A stretch of DNA of 26,674 bases, from positions 1 through 26,674 of the IMG/VR virus record IMGVR_UViG_3300025000_000376; one strand, given 5' to 3'. Below the pieces are notes generated by a model, which was given only the letters and a program-made list of their open reading frames with translations, did no database searches and was not told the DNA's origin. This document shows positions 8,874 through 18,226 of the stretch, piece by piece. How positions within the stretch are numbered: the first letter of the stretch is position 1; every line of letters begins with the position of its first letter. A program made the translations under genes and the position numbers. The DNA is from a virus (lineage: Duplodnaviria; Caudoviricetes).

Positions 8874-11800
8874 ATGCCTTCTTTAAAAGATCTCTCTAAA
8901 AAGATAAGGGATTACTTCAACCCCGAGGCAAACCAGGGAGATAATTTCTGGGGTAACGATAACCCATTCATTAAGGGTTTGGTGAAAACGCAACAGTTGC
9001 CCACAAGTATGCGTGAGGACGTGCGCACCCTACTAAACAAGCCGATCACTCTTTCTCCGGCCAATCAGAAAAGAGCAGAATTTGCAGCCAACTTTGCTAC
9101 CAGTTTTGCCAAGGCGATGCCGGGAAACATCAATGAACAAATTCAATCCAAGCTCCGGATCCCTCAATACAACGTGCAGACCGAGGTGGGCAAATATGGG
9201 AATATAACCGGAGAAGTAGCGTCGAATATTGTGCAAACAGCCGCCTTGGGTAAGGTTATCTCCCCGGCGTTTTCAGGCGTACAAAAACCACTGGGAACTC
9301 TTGCGGGCAAGATAATCCCAAAGAGTAAGTTCATCGGAAAGGGCGTTGCAAACATATCCCAGGGACTTCCATACACGACAGCATTTAATGTACTCAATAA
9401 AATTGAGAACCCCGATTTCAAAACAGATGTAAAAGGTGATGTGGCGTTTGATTTTGCCACAGGTATGTTGCCGTTTGTCGGTGTTGGTGGGATGGTTGTT
9501 GGTAAAAATGCCAAGAATTTCAAGAATTTAGCAAAACTAGAAGGCGGTTTTGACTCCCAACCTAAAGCGTGGCTATCAGACTACACATCAAGCGTTAAAA
9601 AAGACTTTGTAGGTATTATAAATAAGCTTGTTAAACAAAAAGAAACACCCGTTCTTGCCGACGTTTTTAACCATAAGACCCTATATCAAAACTATCCTCA
9701 GCTACAACACATAAAAATTGAACTGGACCCGAACTATACCCACTCAGCGACCTACGGCAGCTTCGATCCACTCACAAATACAATGAAGATGAATCCGAAG
9801 ATGACAAAAGAGGGGTTCAGGTCGACTTTAGTACACGAAGTACAGCACGCAGTACAGGAGATCGAAGGTTTTGCGAAAGGAACAAATCTCTCGGGTGGAA
9901 AAGGTGCTTATAGAAACGCCGCGGGTGAGGTGGAAGCCCGTACAAGTGAATTTAACTTAAACAGACGAGCAGACGAAACGAACCTAAAATCCCTATATGA
10001 CGACACACTCAAAAGAGAGGGGATAAAAAGAGAAGATGTGATAGTAAGTGGGGGTGGGAAGAGTCTATCTAAAGAACTAAAGGTGGGGGATGTTAATCAG
10101 GCTCCCCGCGTAACTTCCAAAAGCCAAATCCAAGTAGGAGGGCAAAAGACATTGAAAGTAGCCAAGCAAAACCTCCCCACGCAGCCGCAAGGAGAACTAC
10201 CAAAGCAAGTGTTAGAAGCACCCACTTCTCAAAAGAGTTCGGTTCCCGATCTTCCATATGGCGACAGTATAGCACGGGGGGGCCTAAAAGGTACAAAAAC
10301 ACTGTTCGGAAACGAACCTATAAAAACTGACGCCGTGTCCTCAGAATTAGATAGTGTCGGTAAGGCAAAATTAGAACGTAGGGCTAAACTAGACGCAGAA
10401 AGGGCCGCGAAAAACGATTATGATCGGTGGTACAAGGCACAAAGGGAGTCCGGGCAGATAAAAACAACATCAGAACAGCTCGATATTATCGGAAAAGGTA
10501 TTGAGGGTAACACAAAAGGCGTAGGTGCGAAGAATATAGAGGAGCTAAAAGATATTGGGAACATCGCTAAGGGATTTGACACAGTAAAACGTAATTTCAA
10601 GGCAATTTTCGGCAAAAGGTACGGGGAGGTAGAAAAAGAGGTCATAGAGCCGTTCTATAGAGGAAAAGACTTGATGACAAGAGAACTAGAGTCTTGGAGC
10701 AAGTCGTTGAAAAGCTTAGGAATACAAAAAGGTAGCAAAATATCAGCGATGGTTCAGTTATTTGGAGAAAAGAAAGTATCCTACGAAGGACTAATAAACA
10801 AGTTTGGAAAAGGTACTGCGGATAAGATTGTTGGTGCGGATAAGTTCTTTAGAAATGCTTACAACACACTTATAGATGATGTAAACAAGTCTAGGGCAAA
10901 GATATATCCCAACAACCCCGAAAAGATTATCCCTAAACGAGCTGACTACTATAGGCATTTCAAGGAAATGCAGGAAGGTGTTGCAGGGCTTAAAAATATC
11001 TTCGAGTCTCCTTCGGGGGTTCAATCTACGCTTGCGGGTATATCGGCAGATACAAAACCAAAGTCTAAGTGGTTATCGTTTGCACAACGCAGGGGGGGCG
11101 ATAAAACAACATACGATGCAGTGGGTGGGTTTATAGATTATGTTCAAAAGGCCATGTACGCCAAACACATAGACCCAAACATAGAAAACTTTAGAAATCT
11201 ATCTAGCGAGTTAGAACAAGCCACACTAGACGGTGTAAATAAGGGCAAGCTTAACAATTTTATCGAATACTTAAACGATTTCGCCAACGACTTATCAGGA
11301 AAAACAGGACCTATAGATAGAGCATTTCAAAAATATATACCGGGTGGAAGGAAGGCAATGCGCGCACTTAACTGGTTAAACAACAGGATTAAGGCAAATG
11401 TAATTCTAATGAATGCATCATCTTCTGTAGCTCAGTTATTTAATATACCCCAAGGTATAGCAAACGCCGGACCAAAAAATGCTATAAAAGGACTCGGAGG
11501 CACTCTAGCAGATATATTTTCAAATAAAACTCCTATAAACAAGTCAAGGTTTGTAAGAGAAAGATATTCGGACCCGTTCTCAGGTTTCAATACGGGGTTA
11601 ATCGATAATGCCCGTGATATGGCTAAATGGTTAGTAACTATTGGAGATGAAATAGGAACCAAATTTATATGGAATTCACACTATGCAAAGGCTTTAGCAG
11701 AAAATGCTCCCAACGCAATTAAATATGCTGATGATGCCACAGAATCAATGGTGGCGGGTAGGGGAATAGGAGAGGTCCCCATATTACAAAAGGATAGGGT

Positions 11801-13055
11801 GTTTCAGCTTGTAGCACCTTTTCAGCTTGAGGTGGGAAATCTATGGTATGTAATGAAGGGTTGGGTTGATGAAAAACAATTCCAAAAATTAGCAACTTTT
11901 GCCGTAGCGTCTTACTTTATGAACCGCGCAGCAAAAGAAATTCGTGGCTCCGATGTTAGTTTTGACCCCATAAATGCTCTTGTGGAGGGGTTACAAGCAT
12001 ACGGAGCAGAAGAAGATAAAAAAATAGGAGCATTAAAGCTAGCAGGAAGGCAAGCTGGGGAAGTGTTATCTAATGTTCCCGGAGGGCAGTCTGTTGCCGC
12101 GCTGTATCCTGAATATGGCGCTACTGTTGGGGATACCAAGCTCCCTACAAGAAAAGACCTGTTTGGTGAAGGCGACCCGACTAGGTACGGAAGTGGTTTG
12201 TTGGTGGCAAAAGGTTTGCAAGACCCCATCTCAAAGATAGTACCCCCATTCGGCGGTCAACAAATTAAACGAACCACAGAAGGTCTTATAGCGGTTCGCG
12301 AGGGGGAATCAAAAACTAAAGGTGGCGATACACAATACTTAATCGATAAGAGTCTAAAGAACTACGCCCAAGCAGGTGTGTTTGGTAAGTACTCAGTCCC
12401 CGAAGCGCAAGAGTACTTCAAGGGTAACAAGCGCCCTTTAAGCGAGAAGCAATCCGAGGTAGTTAGGGGTTCTTCCGACAAGGGGTCTACCTACAACGAG
12501 ATTATGCAGAAAAGGGAAGATAGCGCGCAGGAAACAAAGTTACGCGAGTCAGTGCGGGAAAGCGGTCAGGCACAAAAAACAAGCGAAAAGTACACCTACC
12601 TCGATAAAGATAGTGGGGAAGTCAGATCAATAAACTTAAACCCCGACCTAAACCCACCCAAACTTACAGGAATTACCGAGCTAGACAAGAAAGCCAAATC
12701 CCAATATAACGGGAAGATAACCAAGCGCGCAAACGATGTTTATAAACTCTACGAACTCGGACAGATGACGGAAGAACAAGCCGGAAAAGAGTTGGCTAAA
12801 CTAGCCAAAATGAAACTCGTGTCGGGGAAGAAAGGCGTCAAGATATCTATGGGCAAGGTTAAAAGACGCATCAGCAATATTAAAATAAACAAAGCCAGAA
12901 AGATAAGGTCTATAAAATTCAGAAAACCGAAATCAGTTGTGATAAAGACGCGCGGTGTTAAAAAATCACTGGGGTTTAAGGTCAAAAAGTACGCACAGCC
13001 CAAACCTGTTAAATTTATTAATACGTTGGCGGGTGGTTTGACAAAGCTTGTTTAA
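8874..13055 (+). CDS. Large polyvalent/ejection protein with zincin-like HExxH (LPD23-like) domain and Lys/Arg-rich tail
   Basis: 1393 aa; HKTLYQNYPQL...GSFDP...TLVHEVQHAVQEIEGFAKG...AGEVEAR; helical C-terminal region resembling phage large polyvalent proteins. Confidence 0.7.
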   Translation: MPSLKDLSKKIRDYFNPEANQGDNFWGNDNPFIKGLVKTQQLPTSMREDVRTLLNKPITLSPANQKRAEFAANFATSFAKAMPGNINEQIQSKLRIPQYNVQTEVGKYGNITGEVASNIVQTAALGKVISPAFSGVQKPLGTLAGKIIPKSKFIGKGVANISQGLPYTTAFNVLNKIENPDFKTDVKGDVAFDFATGMLPFVGVGGMVVGKNAKNFKNLAKLEGGFDSQPKAWLSDYTSSVKKDFVGIINKLVKQKETPVLADVFNHKTLYQNYPQLQHIKIELDPNYTHSATYGSFDPLTNTMKMNPKMTKEGFRSTLVHEVQHAVQEIEGFAKGTNLSGGKGAYRNAAGEVEARTSEFNLNRRADETNLKSLYDDTLKREGIKREDVIVSGGGKSLSKELKVGDVNQAPRVTSKSQIQVGGQKTLKVAKQNLPTQPQGELPKQVLEAPTSQKSSVPDLPYGDSIARGGLKGTKTLFGNEPIKTDAVSSELDSVGKAKLERRAKLDAERAAKNDYDRWYKAQRESGQIKTTSEQLDIIGKGIEGNTKGVGAKNIEELKDIGNIAKGFDTVKRNFKAIFGKRYGEVEKEVIEPFYRGKDLMTRELESWSKSLKSLGIQKGSKISAMVQLFGEKKVSYEGLINKFGKGTADKIVGADKFFRNAYNTLIDDVNKSRAKIYPNNPEKIIPKRADYYRHFKEMQEGVAGLKNIFESPSGVQSTLAGISADTKPKSKWLSFAQRRGGDKTTYDAVGGFIDYVQKAMYAKHIDPNIENFRNLSSELEQATLDGVNKGKLNNFIEYLNDFANDLSGKTGPIDRAFQKYIPGGRKAMRALNWLNNRIKANVILMNASSSVAQLFNIPQGIANAGPKNAIKGLGGTLADIFSNKTPINKSRFVRERYSDPFSGFNTGLIDNARDMAKWLVTIGDEIGTKFIWNSHYAKALAENAPNAIKYADDATESMVAGRGIGEVPILQKDRVFQLVAPFQLEVGNLWYVMKGWVDEKQFQKLATFAVASYFMNRAAKEIRGSDVSFDPINALVEGLQAYGAEEDKKIGALKLAGRQAGEVLSNVPGGQSVAALYPEYGATVGDTKLPTRKDLFGEGDPTRYGSGLLVAKGLQDPISKIVPPFGGQQIKRTTEGLIAVREGESKTKGGDTQYLIDKSLKNYAQAGVFGKYSVPEAQEYFKGNKRPLSEKQSEVVRGSSDKGSTYNEIMQKREDSAQETKLRESVRESGQAQKTSEKYTYLDKDSGEVRSINLNPDLNPPKLTGITELDKKAKSQYNGKITKRANDVYKLYELGQMTEEQAGKELAKLAKMKLVSGKKGVKISMGKVKRRISNIKINKARKIRSIKFRKPKSVVIKTRGVKKSLGFKVKKYAQPKPVKFINTLAGGLTKLV

Positions 13056-13129
13056 AAATATATAATTTATCTAATCTTTACCTACAAGGATGGTAGGTCA
13101 GACGGGCACAAGGCTCGTCTTTTTTTATT
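13038..13129 (+). promoter_or_regulatory. Promoter + two-hairpin leader + intrinsic terminator, copy 2
   Basis: Perfect TTGACA-17-TATAAT (13038-13066); ATCTTT 13074; stem ACCTAC/GTAGGT; CAGAC 13099; AGACGGGC/GCTCGTCT; T7. Confidence 0.85.
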
Positions 13130-13132
13130 TAT

Positions 13133-13303
13133 ATGTGCAAAAAAGGTCACGTTCCGTGGAATAAGGGGATAAAAACAGGTCTTGTGCCTAAAAGTGCTTT
13201 CCAGAAGGGCAACAGCCCGTGGAACAAGGACACAAGTAGAAAGGATGGTTTGTTAAATTGGCAAAAGTCATTGATACCGTCTCTGACGCAATTACATATA
13301 TAA
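13133..13303 (+). pseudogene. Short remnant of homing-endonuclease repeat region (56 aa, not in ORF track)
   Basis: Reads MCKKGHVPWNKGIKTGLVPKSAFQKGNSPWNKD...; similar to KKTGIVPSTAFKKGAKPWN in 3587..3874; overlaps the next gene. Confidence 0.6.
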
Positions 13304-13944
13304 ACAGTCTTTATGAATCTGACTCATCGGCACCATCATCCGGAGATGAGGATTTTACTGTTTGGTTGTCACTCTTGAATGTTGCCGTCAATATCTGGGA
13401 AAACGAGGAGGGTGTGTTGTGGAAGGAGTTGTTTGTTAAGTTGGCCGATGCTGCGACGGGGGATAAAACTACGTCCGCGGAAGATACGTCTTATGCGTGC
13501 CCAACAGATTTTAAGTTTCCTGCTAGTGGTTATGTGTGGCTGGGTTCTGGGACGAATAAAGTCGCATATAAGGTAATATCCCAAGAAAAGGCACAGACTT
13601 TGGAGAATGATACATCCCACTGGTGCTATTTCCTCCTAGACGGTTCGCCAACTCTGGAATTTAATCCGAATCTTTCTAGCACTTTTCCCGCAAATTACAC
13701 TATTTCCTATAATTACTACAAGAACGCTACCAAACTAACCGCGGGGGCATCCGTGTTTGAGATGGCCGACCCCATGTTCGCAGTTTATTATGTTCTATCA
13801 GAGCTTAAAAAAGACGAGGGGGATACATCTGCCCTTGGAATAGCTACGCAGAAACTAGAGGGCATGCGAACGCGGAACGTCGCTCCCGCATGGTTGCAGG
13901 ACAGTACAGAATTTAGTCCCGCAGATGACGGGTTTGGTGTTTAA
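13258..13944 (+). CDS. Putative head-tail adaptor (tail tubular protein A-like)
   Basis: 228 aa, TTG start; LLNVAVNIW...W..L, SYACPTDF, ISYNYYK pattern typical of adaptor proteins; precedes the nozzle-like gene. Confidence 0.55.
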   Translation: MAKVIDTVSDAITYINSLYESDSSAPSSGDEDFTVWLSLLNVAVNIWENEEGVLWKELFVKLADAATGDKTTSAEDTSYACPTDFKFPASGYVWLGSGTNKVAYKVISQEKAQTLENDTSHWCYFLLDGSPTLEFNPNLSSTFPANYTISYNYYKNATKLTAGASVFEMADPMFAVYYVLSELKKDEGDTSALGIATQKLEGMRTRNVAPAWLQDSTEFSPADDGFGV

Positions 13945-15951
13945 ATGCGTTTTACAGGTCGTGGAAACGGCGGACAAAAAGAAATAACCATCGGAATCGA
14001 TGATTTTTCCGGGGGTAACTCCTCTTTGGTGCAGGAGGCGCGAATGAGTCCGAAATTTGCGGTTCAAAGCACCAACCTCATGCAGGTACAGGACGGTTTG
14101 TGGAAAACACGCTGGGGTAGAAATTACTACGGTGCATCCCACCCCGCAACAATCGATGGTGCGGCCGAGTATGTGAAATCCGACGGAACCACGGAACTAA
14201 TTACTATCAGTAACGGCACTGCTTATAAATCTACTGATGGGGGGACTCTCACCGCAATAACGGGCGCAAGTTTTACCGCAGGAATACAGTGTTACTTCAT
14301 GCAAATCGCCGGATATTTGTATATTGCCAACGGAACGGACTCACTGACCAGGTATGATGGGTCGGTTTTAACCACGTACACAGAAATATCAGCCCCAACC
14401 AATCTGACAGCATCTCGGGTCGCCTCGGGGCTTACTAGCGGTATTTATACATATTACGCTCAGGTTACTGCGCTTAACAGCGTGGGTGAAACTGTGGGAT
14501 CTACCGAAGCCTCGATCACGGTCAATAAGACCAGAGATAGTTGGGTCGCGGGAACGGATAAATTAACATGGTCTTGGACGGCGTCATCTGGCGCTACCCG
14601 ATATCAGATATATCTCTCAGATCAATCCGGTTATGAGGTACTCCTAGGGAACAGCGATGTAACAAACTTTACCGATGACGGCACAAACGACCTGAATGTT
14701 TATATAGAGGTTCCTGATGCCAATACTACCGGAGCACCAAAATTTATCTCCATGGTTCTGTCGGGTAATAGAGTTTGGGCAACCAACAACACAGCGGACA
14801 TGTACAAGGTATATTTCTCGGGGACGGGTTCTTTTATTGGAAACTTCTCTGATTTTTATGGCGGCGGTTGGATTAATCTGGAAAAGGGTGGGCGCGAGAT
14901 TCCTGTTGCAGTAAAACACTACCAGAGTGGTACCGGTGAGGGTAGAGCCACGGTTTTATCGAGAACTCCCGACGGCAGGGGAGCCGTCTGGCAGATAACC
15001 ATCACAAGTGCTACTGTTGGGAGTACATCTTTTTCGGTGCCGTCCGCAACAAAGGTGGTGGGGTCGTTTGGTACTGAGTCAGCACTGGGGGTTGTTGCTA
15101 CCCCGAATAATCTAGCCTTCCCAAACAGGAAGGGTTGGTTTGATTTAGGTAGCGAAAAGAATTATTACGGTATCCTGCGAACAAATGAAAAGTCTCAAAA
15201 CATTCGTCCCTACTGGAGGAGCTTGTCTGGAGCTAAGATGAACACTGTTTGTGCGTATTATTACGATGCTAAGGTTTTTATATCGGTTCCCACATCGAGT
15301 TCGGGGAATGACCGGGTTATTGTGTGGGACGATGAAAGAGCAAACTGGTCGGTTGATTGGTCGTTTGGTGTTAAACAGTTCCTTGAATATACTACAGTAT
15401 CGAAGGATACGAAGTTTCTGTGTATTCCCACGACCGGAACTCGGTTGGTAGAGATCTCAGAAAACATACTTAACGATTTTGGAGCCGCTTTTACACAGAC
15501 ATATTTATCTCCTCTTATTCCGGTGTCCAAGGTAAAAACCGATATTTTGAATCTAAAAGAGACTGTTCTGGAACTTGGAAACCCGCGTGGAGCCATAAAC
15601 TTTCAAGTATTGGGAATTGGCAAGTCCAATAGTTTCAATACAATCGCCACAGCGACCATAACCGATTTTGGATCTAACACGGGTATTGGTACCGATCTGT
15701 TTGGTGAAAATCATTTCTCTGAAACGCAGACAAACACTTCGGGGGGAGCGGGGAGTTGGGCAATAATTCTTGTGGACGCACCATCGACATTTACGCAGGC
15801 CACAACTAAAAAGGCTATCAAAAAAAGAGCTAAGGTGTACAACATTCAGTACAAGGTTTCTTCCAGCACGGCGGACACGGATTTTACCATATTATCTCTT
15901 CAATCTAAGGGCACTTTGGTTAGACGTAGACTGCCATCCAGTTGGACGTAA
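13945..15951 (+). CDS. Putative tail nozzle/stabilisation protein (tubular protein B / P22 gp10-like) with FN3-like insert
   Basis: DDFSGG N-terminus, WKTRWG, beta-rich sequence; APTNLTA...YYAQVTALN..GET...LTWSW..SGATRYQIY FN3-like segment. Confidence 0.65.
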   Translation: MRFTGRGNGGQKEITIGIDDFSGGNSSLVQEARMSPKFAVQSTNLMQVQDGLWKTRWGRNYYGASHPATIDGAAEYVKSDGTTELITISNGTAYKSTDGGTLTAITGASFTAGIQCYFMQIAGYLYIANGTDSLTRYDGSVLTTYTEISAPTNLTASRVASGLTSGIYTYYAQVTALNSVGETVGSTEASITVNKTRDSWVAGTDKLTWSWTASSGATRYQIYLSDQSGYEVLLGNSDVTNFTDDGTNDLNVYIEVPDANTTGAPKFISMVLSGNRVWATNNTADMYKVYFSGTGSFIGNFSDFYGGGWINLEKGGREIPVAVKHYQSGTGEGRATVLSRTPDGRGAVWQITITSATVGSTSFSVPSATKVVGSFGTESALGVVATPNNLAFPNRKGWFDLGSEKNYYGILRTNEKSQNIRPYWRSLSGAKMNTVCAYYYDAKVFISVPTSSSGNDRVIVWDDERANWSVDWSFGVKQFLEYTTVSKDTKFLCIPTTGTRLVEISENILNDFGAAFTQTYLSPLIPVSKVKTDILNLKETVLELGNPRGAINFQVLGIGKSNSFNTIATATITDFGSNTGIGTDLFGENHFSETQTNTSGGAGSWAIILVDAPSTFTQATTKKAIKKRAKVYNIQYKVSSSTADTDFTILSLQSKGTLVRRRLPSSWT

Positions 15952-15953
15952 AA

Positions 15954-16051
15954 TTGACAACTATGTACAAAGGTTATAAAATTACAATATCTTTGCTAAC
16001 ACGAGCGGTTAGACAGACCAAGAACCTTGGGGTGATTGGTCTTTTTTTATT
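15954..16051 (+). promoter_or_regulatory. Promoter + two-hairpin leader + intrinsic terminator, copy 3
   Basis: TTGACA-17-TAAAAT (15954-15982); ATCTTT 15989; stem CTAAC/GTTAG; CAGAC 16014; AGACCAA/TTGGTCT; T7. Confidence 0.82.
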
Positions 16052-16083
16052 GGCAAAACTATTGGGATTGAAAAGGAAATAAC

Positions 16084-16941
16084 ATGGCAGCGGCAAATAC
16101 AGATAAGTTCAAAAAAGGAGCTAGGAAATGGGTTGGACAGATAGGCTCGGGAGGGGTCTCGGACGCAGTAGTTACCACCATCCCACTCTCCTCGGCTACA
16201 GGGCTTCCCACCGACACCGCAGTGGTTGCAGTAATCGACCGTGTGGATTCTGCGGGAACTAAAACTCCGTCACTTGAGGAAACTGTTGTGGGTGTAGTTA
16301 GTGGTTCTAACCTCGTGACCGCCACACGCGGCGCAGAGGGAACTGCGCAGGCACATTTAGCAGGCGCTGTGGTTGAAATACTGATAACTAACGTTGGGTG
16401 GAACGATCTGATAGACGGGTTACTTGTCGCGCACAATCAAGATGGAACGCATAAATCCGGCTCTGTATTAACACTTCCTCAAATTAATGATACTTCCTCA
16501 GATCATCAATATATACTTTCTGTCTGCGAACTTGCCGCCGATAGAACAGTAGCGTTACCACTTTTGACAGGAAATGACGAATTTGTATTTAAAGATCACA
16601 CACAAACACTTACCAACAAACGTATATCCAAACGCGTTGTAGTAACTACCCAAAGCGCCACACCTACTATAAATACAGACGGTGGGGACATTTTTCAGAT
16701 AACGGGGCTCGCCCAAGCTATAACTTCTATGACAACAAATCTAACGGGAACGCCGGTTGCTGGGGACATGATCGAAATTCAAATAACGGACAACGGTACG
16801 GCACGGGCTATAACGTGGGGCGCATCTTTTTCCGCAACTACGGTGGCCCTGCCGGCTACCACCGCGGTGTCTACTATGTTGCGCGTACTATTTCAACGTA
16901 ATAACGCGAACACTGTTTGGGATTGTATTGGGAGCATATAA
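16084..16941 (+). CDS. Tail fibre/spike protein
   Basis: RGAEGTAQAHLAGAVVE, HNQDGTHK, QTLTNKRI, ITDNGTARAITWG motifs common in phage tail fibres; Thr/Gly-rich. Confidence 0.7.
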   Translation: MAAANTDKFKKGARKWVGQIGSGGVSDAVVTTIPLSSATGLPTDTAVVAVIDRVDSAGTKTPSLEETVVGVVSGSNLVTATRGAEGTAQAHLAGAVVEILITNVGWNDLIDGLLVAHNQDGTHKSGSVLTLPQINDTSSDHQYILSVCELAADRTVALPLLTGNDEFVFKDHTQTLTNKRISKRVVVTTQSATPTINTDGGDIFQITGLAQAITSMTTNLTGTPVAGDMIEIQITDNGTARAITWGASFSATTVALPATTAVSTMLRVLFQRNNANTVWDCIGSI

Positions 16942-17604
16942 ATGGCGGAATTGGTAAACCTTCCTTTATTCAATGACGCGAACATCGTTTCCTATTGGAG
17001 AATGGAAGGCAACAGCAATGACAGCAAAGGATCAAACAACGGTACCGATACGGGTATTACCTACAATGCGGTAAAAGGCAAATTCAACCAGGGCGCCGGT
17101 TTTAACGGAACTTCTAGTTTCATTTCTGTCGGTACAGCGGTGCCGAATTTCACAAACGGTTTCTCCTTCGTTGCACACTGCATGCCACTGGGGGCACATG
17201 GGGGGGGTTATGGAGGGCTTTGGCACGATCAAAGAGATGCCACGAGAAGTCGTTTGCTCATAAATGATAACGGGAGTGTTTTAGCTCAATTTAATATCAA
17301 CGGCGTAGATGGCTCCTTTGCGAGTTCTGCTGGTGTTGTAATTTCTAATTCTTATAACTCTGTCATTTATACCTACAATGGATCGCAGGAGAAGATTTAT
17401 GTAAACAGCATTCTAGTTGCGTCACAAAATACGACAGGAAATATGGGAACAAGTGCGGGTGCGAGAATTATTGGACGGGGTTCCTCTGCGACCTATTATT
17501 TCAACGGTAATGTCGACGATGTAGCTATCTTTAGTAGGGCACTGACTCAAGCCGAGGTAATACTTATACACAATCCCGGTGGCGGTTTCTTTGGGTTTCT
17601 ATAA
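16942..17604 (+). CDS. LamG/concanavalin A-like lectin domain protein (putative receptor binding)
   Basis: VSYWRMEGNSNDSKGSNNGT, GKFNQGAGFNG, KIYVN, FNGNVDDVAIFSRALT. Confidence 0.85.
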   Translation: MAELVNLPLFNDANIVSYWRMEGNSNDSKGSNNGTDTGITYNAVKGKFNQGAGFNGTSSFISVGTAVPNFTNGFSFVAHCMPLGAHGGGYGGLWHDQRDATRSRLLINDNGSVLAQFNINGVDGSFASSAGVVISNSYNSVIYTYNGSQEKIYVNSILVASQNTTGNMGTSAGARIIGRGSSATYYFNGNVDDVAIFSRALTQAEVILIHNPGGGFFGFL

Positions 17605-17886
17605 ATGAATAATAAAGACGAATTGTTTAAAATAATACTAGACCAACAAGAACGAAATATACAGGCCTTTGAGGGGGTAAAAAATGCCCTCCAAAATATT
17701 AACGATTTTAATGTTCTGCACGCAACAAAAGAGGGGGACAATTATATGGCTATAAAGAACTTAATTTCTTCCAATAAGTCCGTTGTATCAATATTGCAGT
17801 GGGTGATCGTGGCCGTAGTATCAGCCCTAATCGTACTGGCGGGCGCAGGGAGGGTATTGGAGTTCTTGCCCTTTTTGGGTAAATAA
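17605..17886 (+). CDS. Membrane protein with C-terminal TM helix (holin/antiholin-like)
   Basis: Coiled N-terminus then ILQWVIVAVVSALIVLAGA; lysis-module position. Confidence 0.5.
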   Translation: MNNKDELFKIILDQQERNIQAFEGVKNALQNINDFNVLHATKEGDNYMAIKNLISSNKSVVSILQWVIVAVVSALIVLAGAGRVLEFLPFLGK

Positions 17887-17887
17887 C

Positions 17888-18226
17888 ATGCTTCCAACTA
17901 TTTTGTACTACACAACTCTTCTTCGTATCCCTATTTTTCTGCTAGTTGGTGTAGAATCCTTAGCAACGTTTTTCTTATACCGCTACGGGTATTTTAAGTT
18001 TAAACCGACTAAGATTATTTCCATACTATCTTATTTCTTTCTTTTCCTAGGTTTAGATATGATATACCAATCCTTTATACCGTTCGCACTTATGACAAAT
18101 GCAAAGGCGCACGTTTACCTTACTACAGCACTACCCATTTTTTTAATTCCGTTGTTTATCTCTATTCGTGCGTTTCGTCTTGAGTCGGTTCGAGATGATG
18201 GCAAGAAACTGGAGGTTAAGAAATGA
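17888..18226 (+). CDS. Three-TM membrane protein (possible holin)
   Basis: Three hydrophobic segments, charged C-terminus, overlaps the endolysin start. Confidence 0.5.
   Translation: MLPTILYYTTLLRIPIFLLVGVESLATFFLYRYGYFKFKPTKIISILSYFFLFLGLDMIYQSFIPFALMTNAKAHVYLTTALPIFLIPLFISIRAFRLESVRDDGKKLEVKK

Noticed and set aside
16084-17604. Diversity-generating retroelement targeting the fibre or LamG gene
   Set aside because: No reverse transcriptase and no template/variable repeat pair visible in the window
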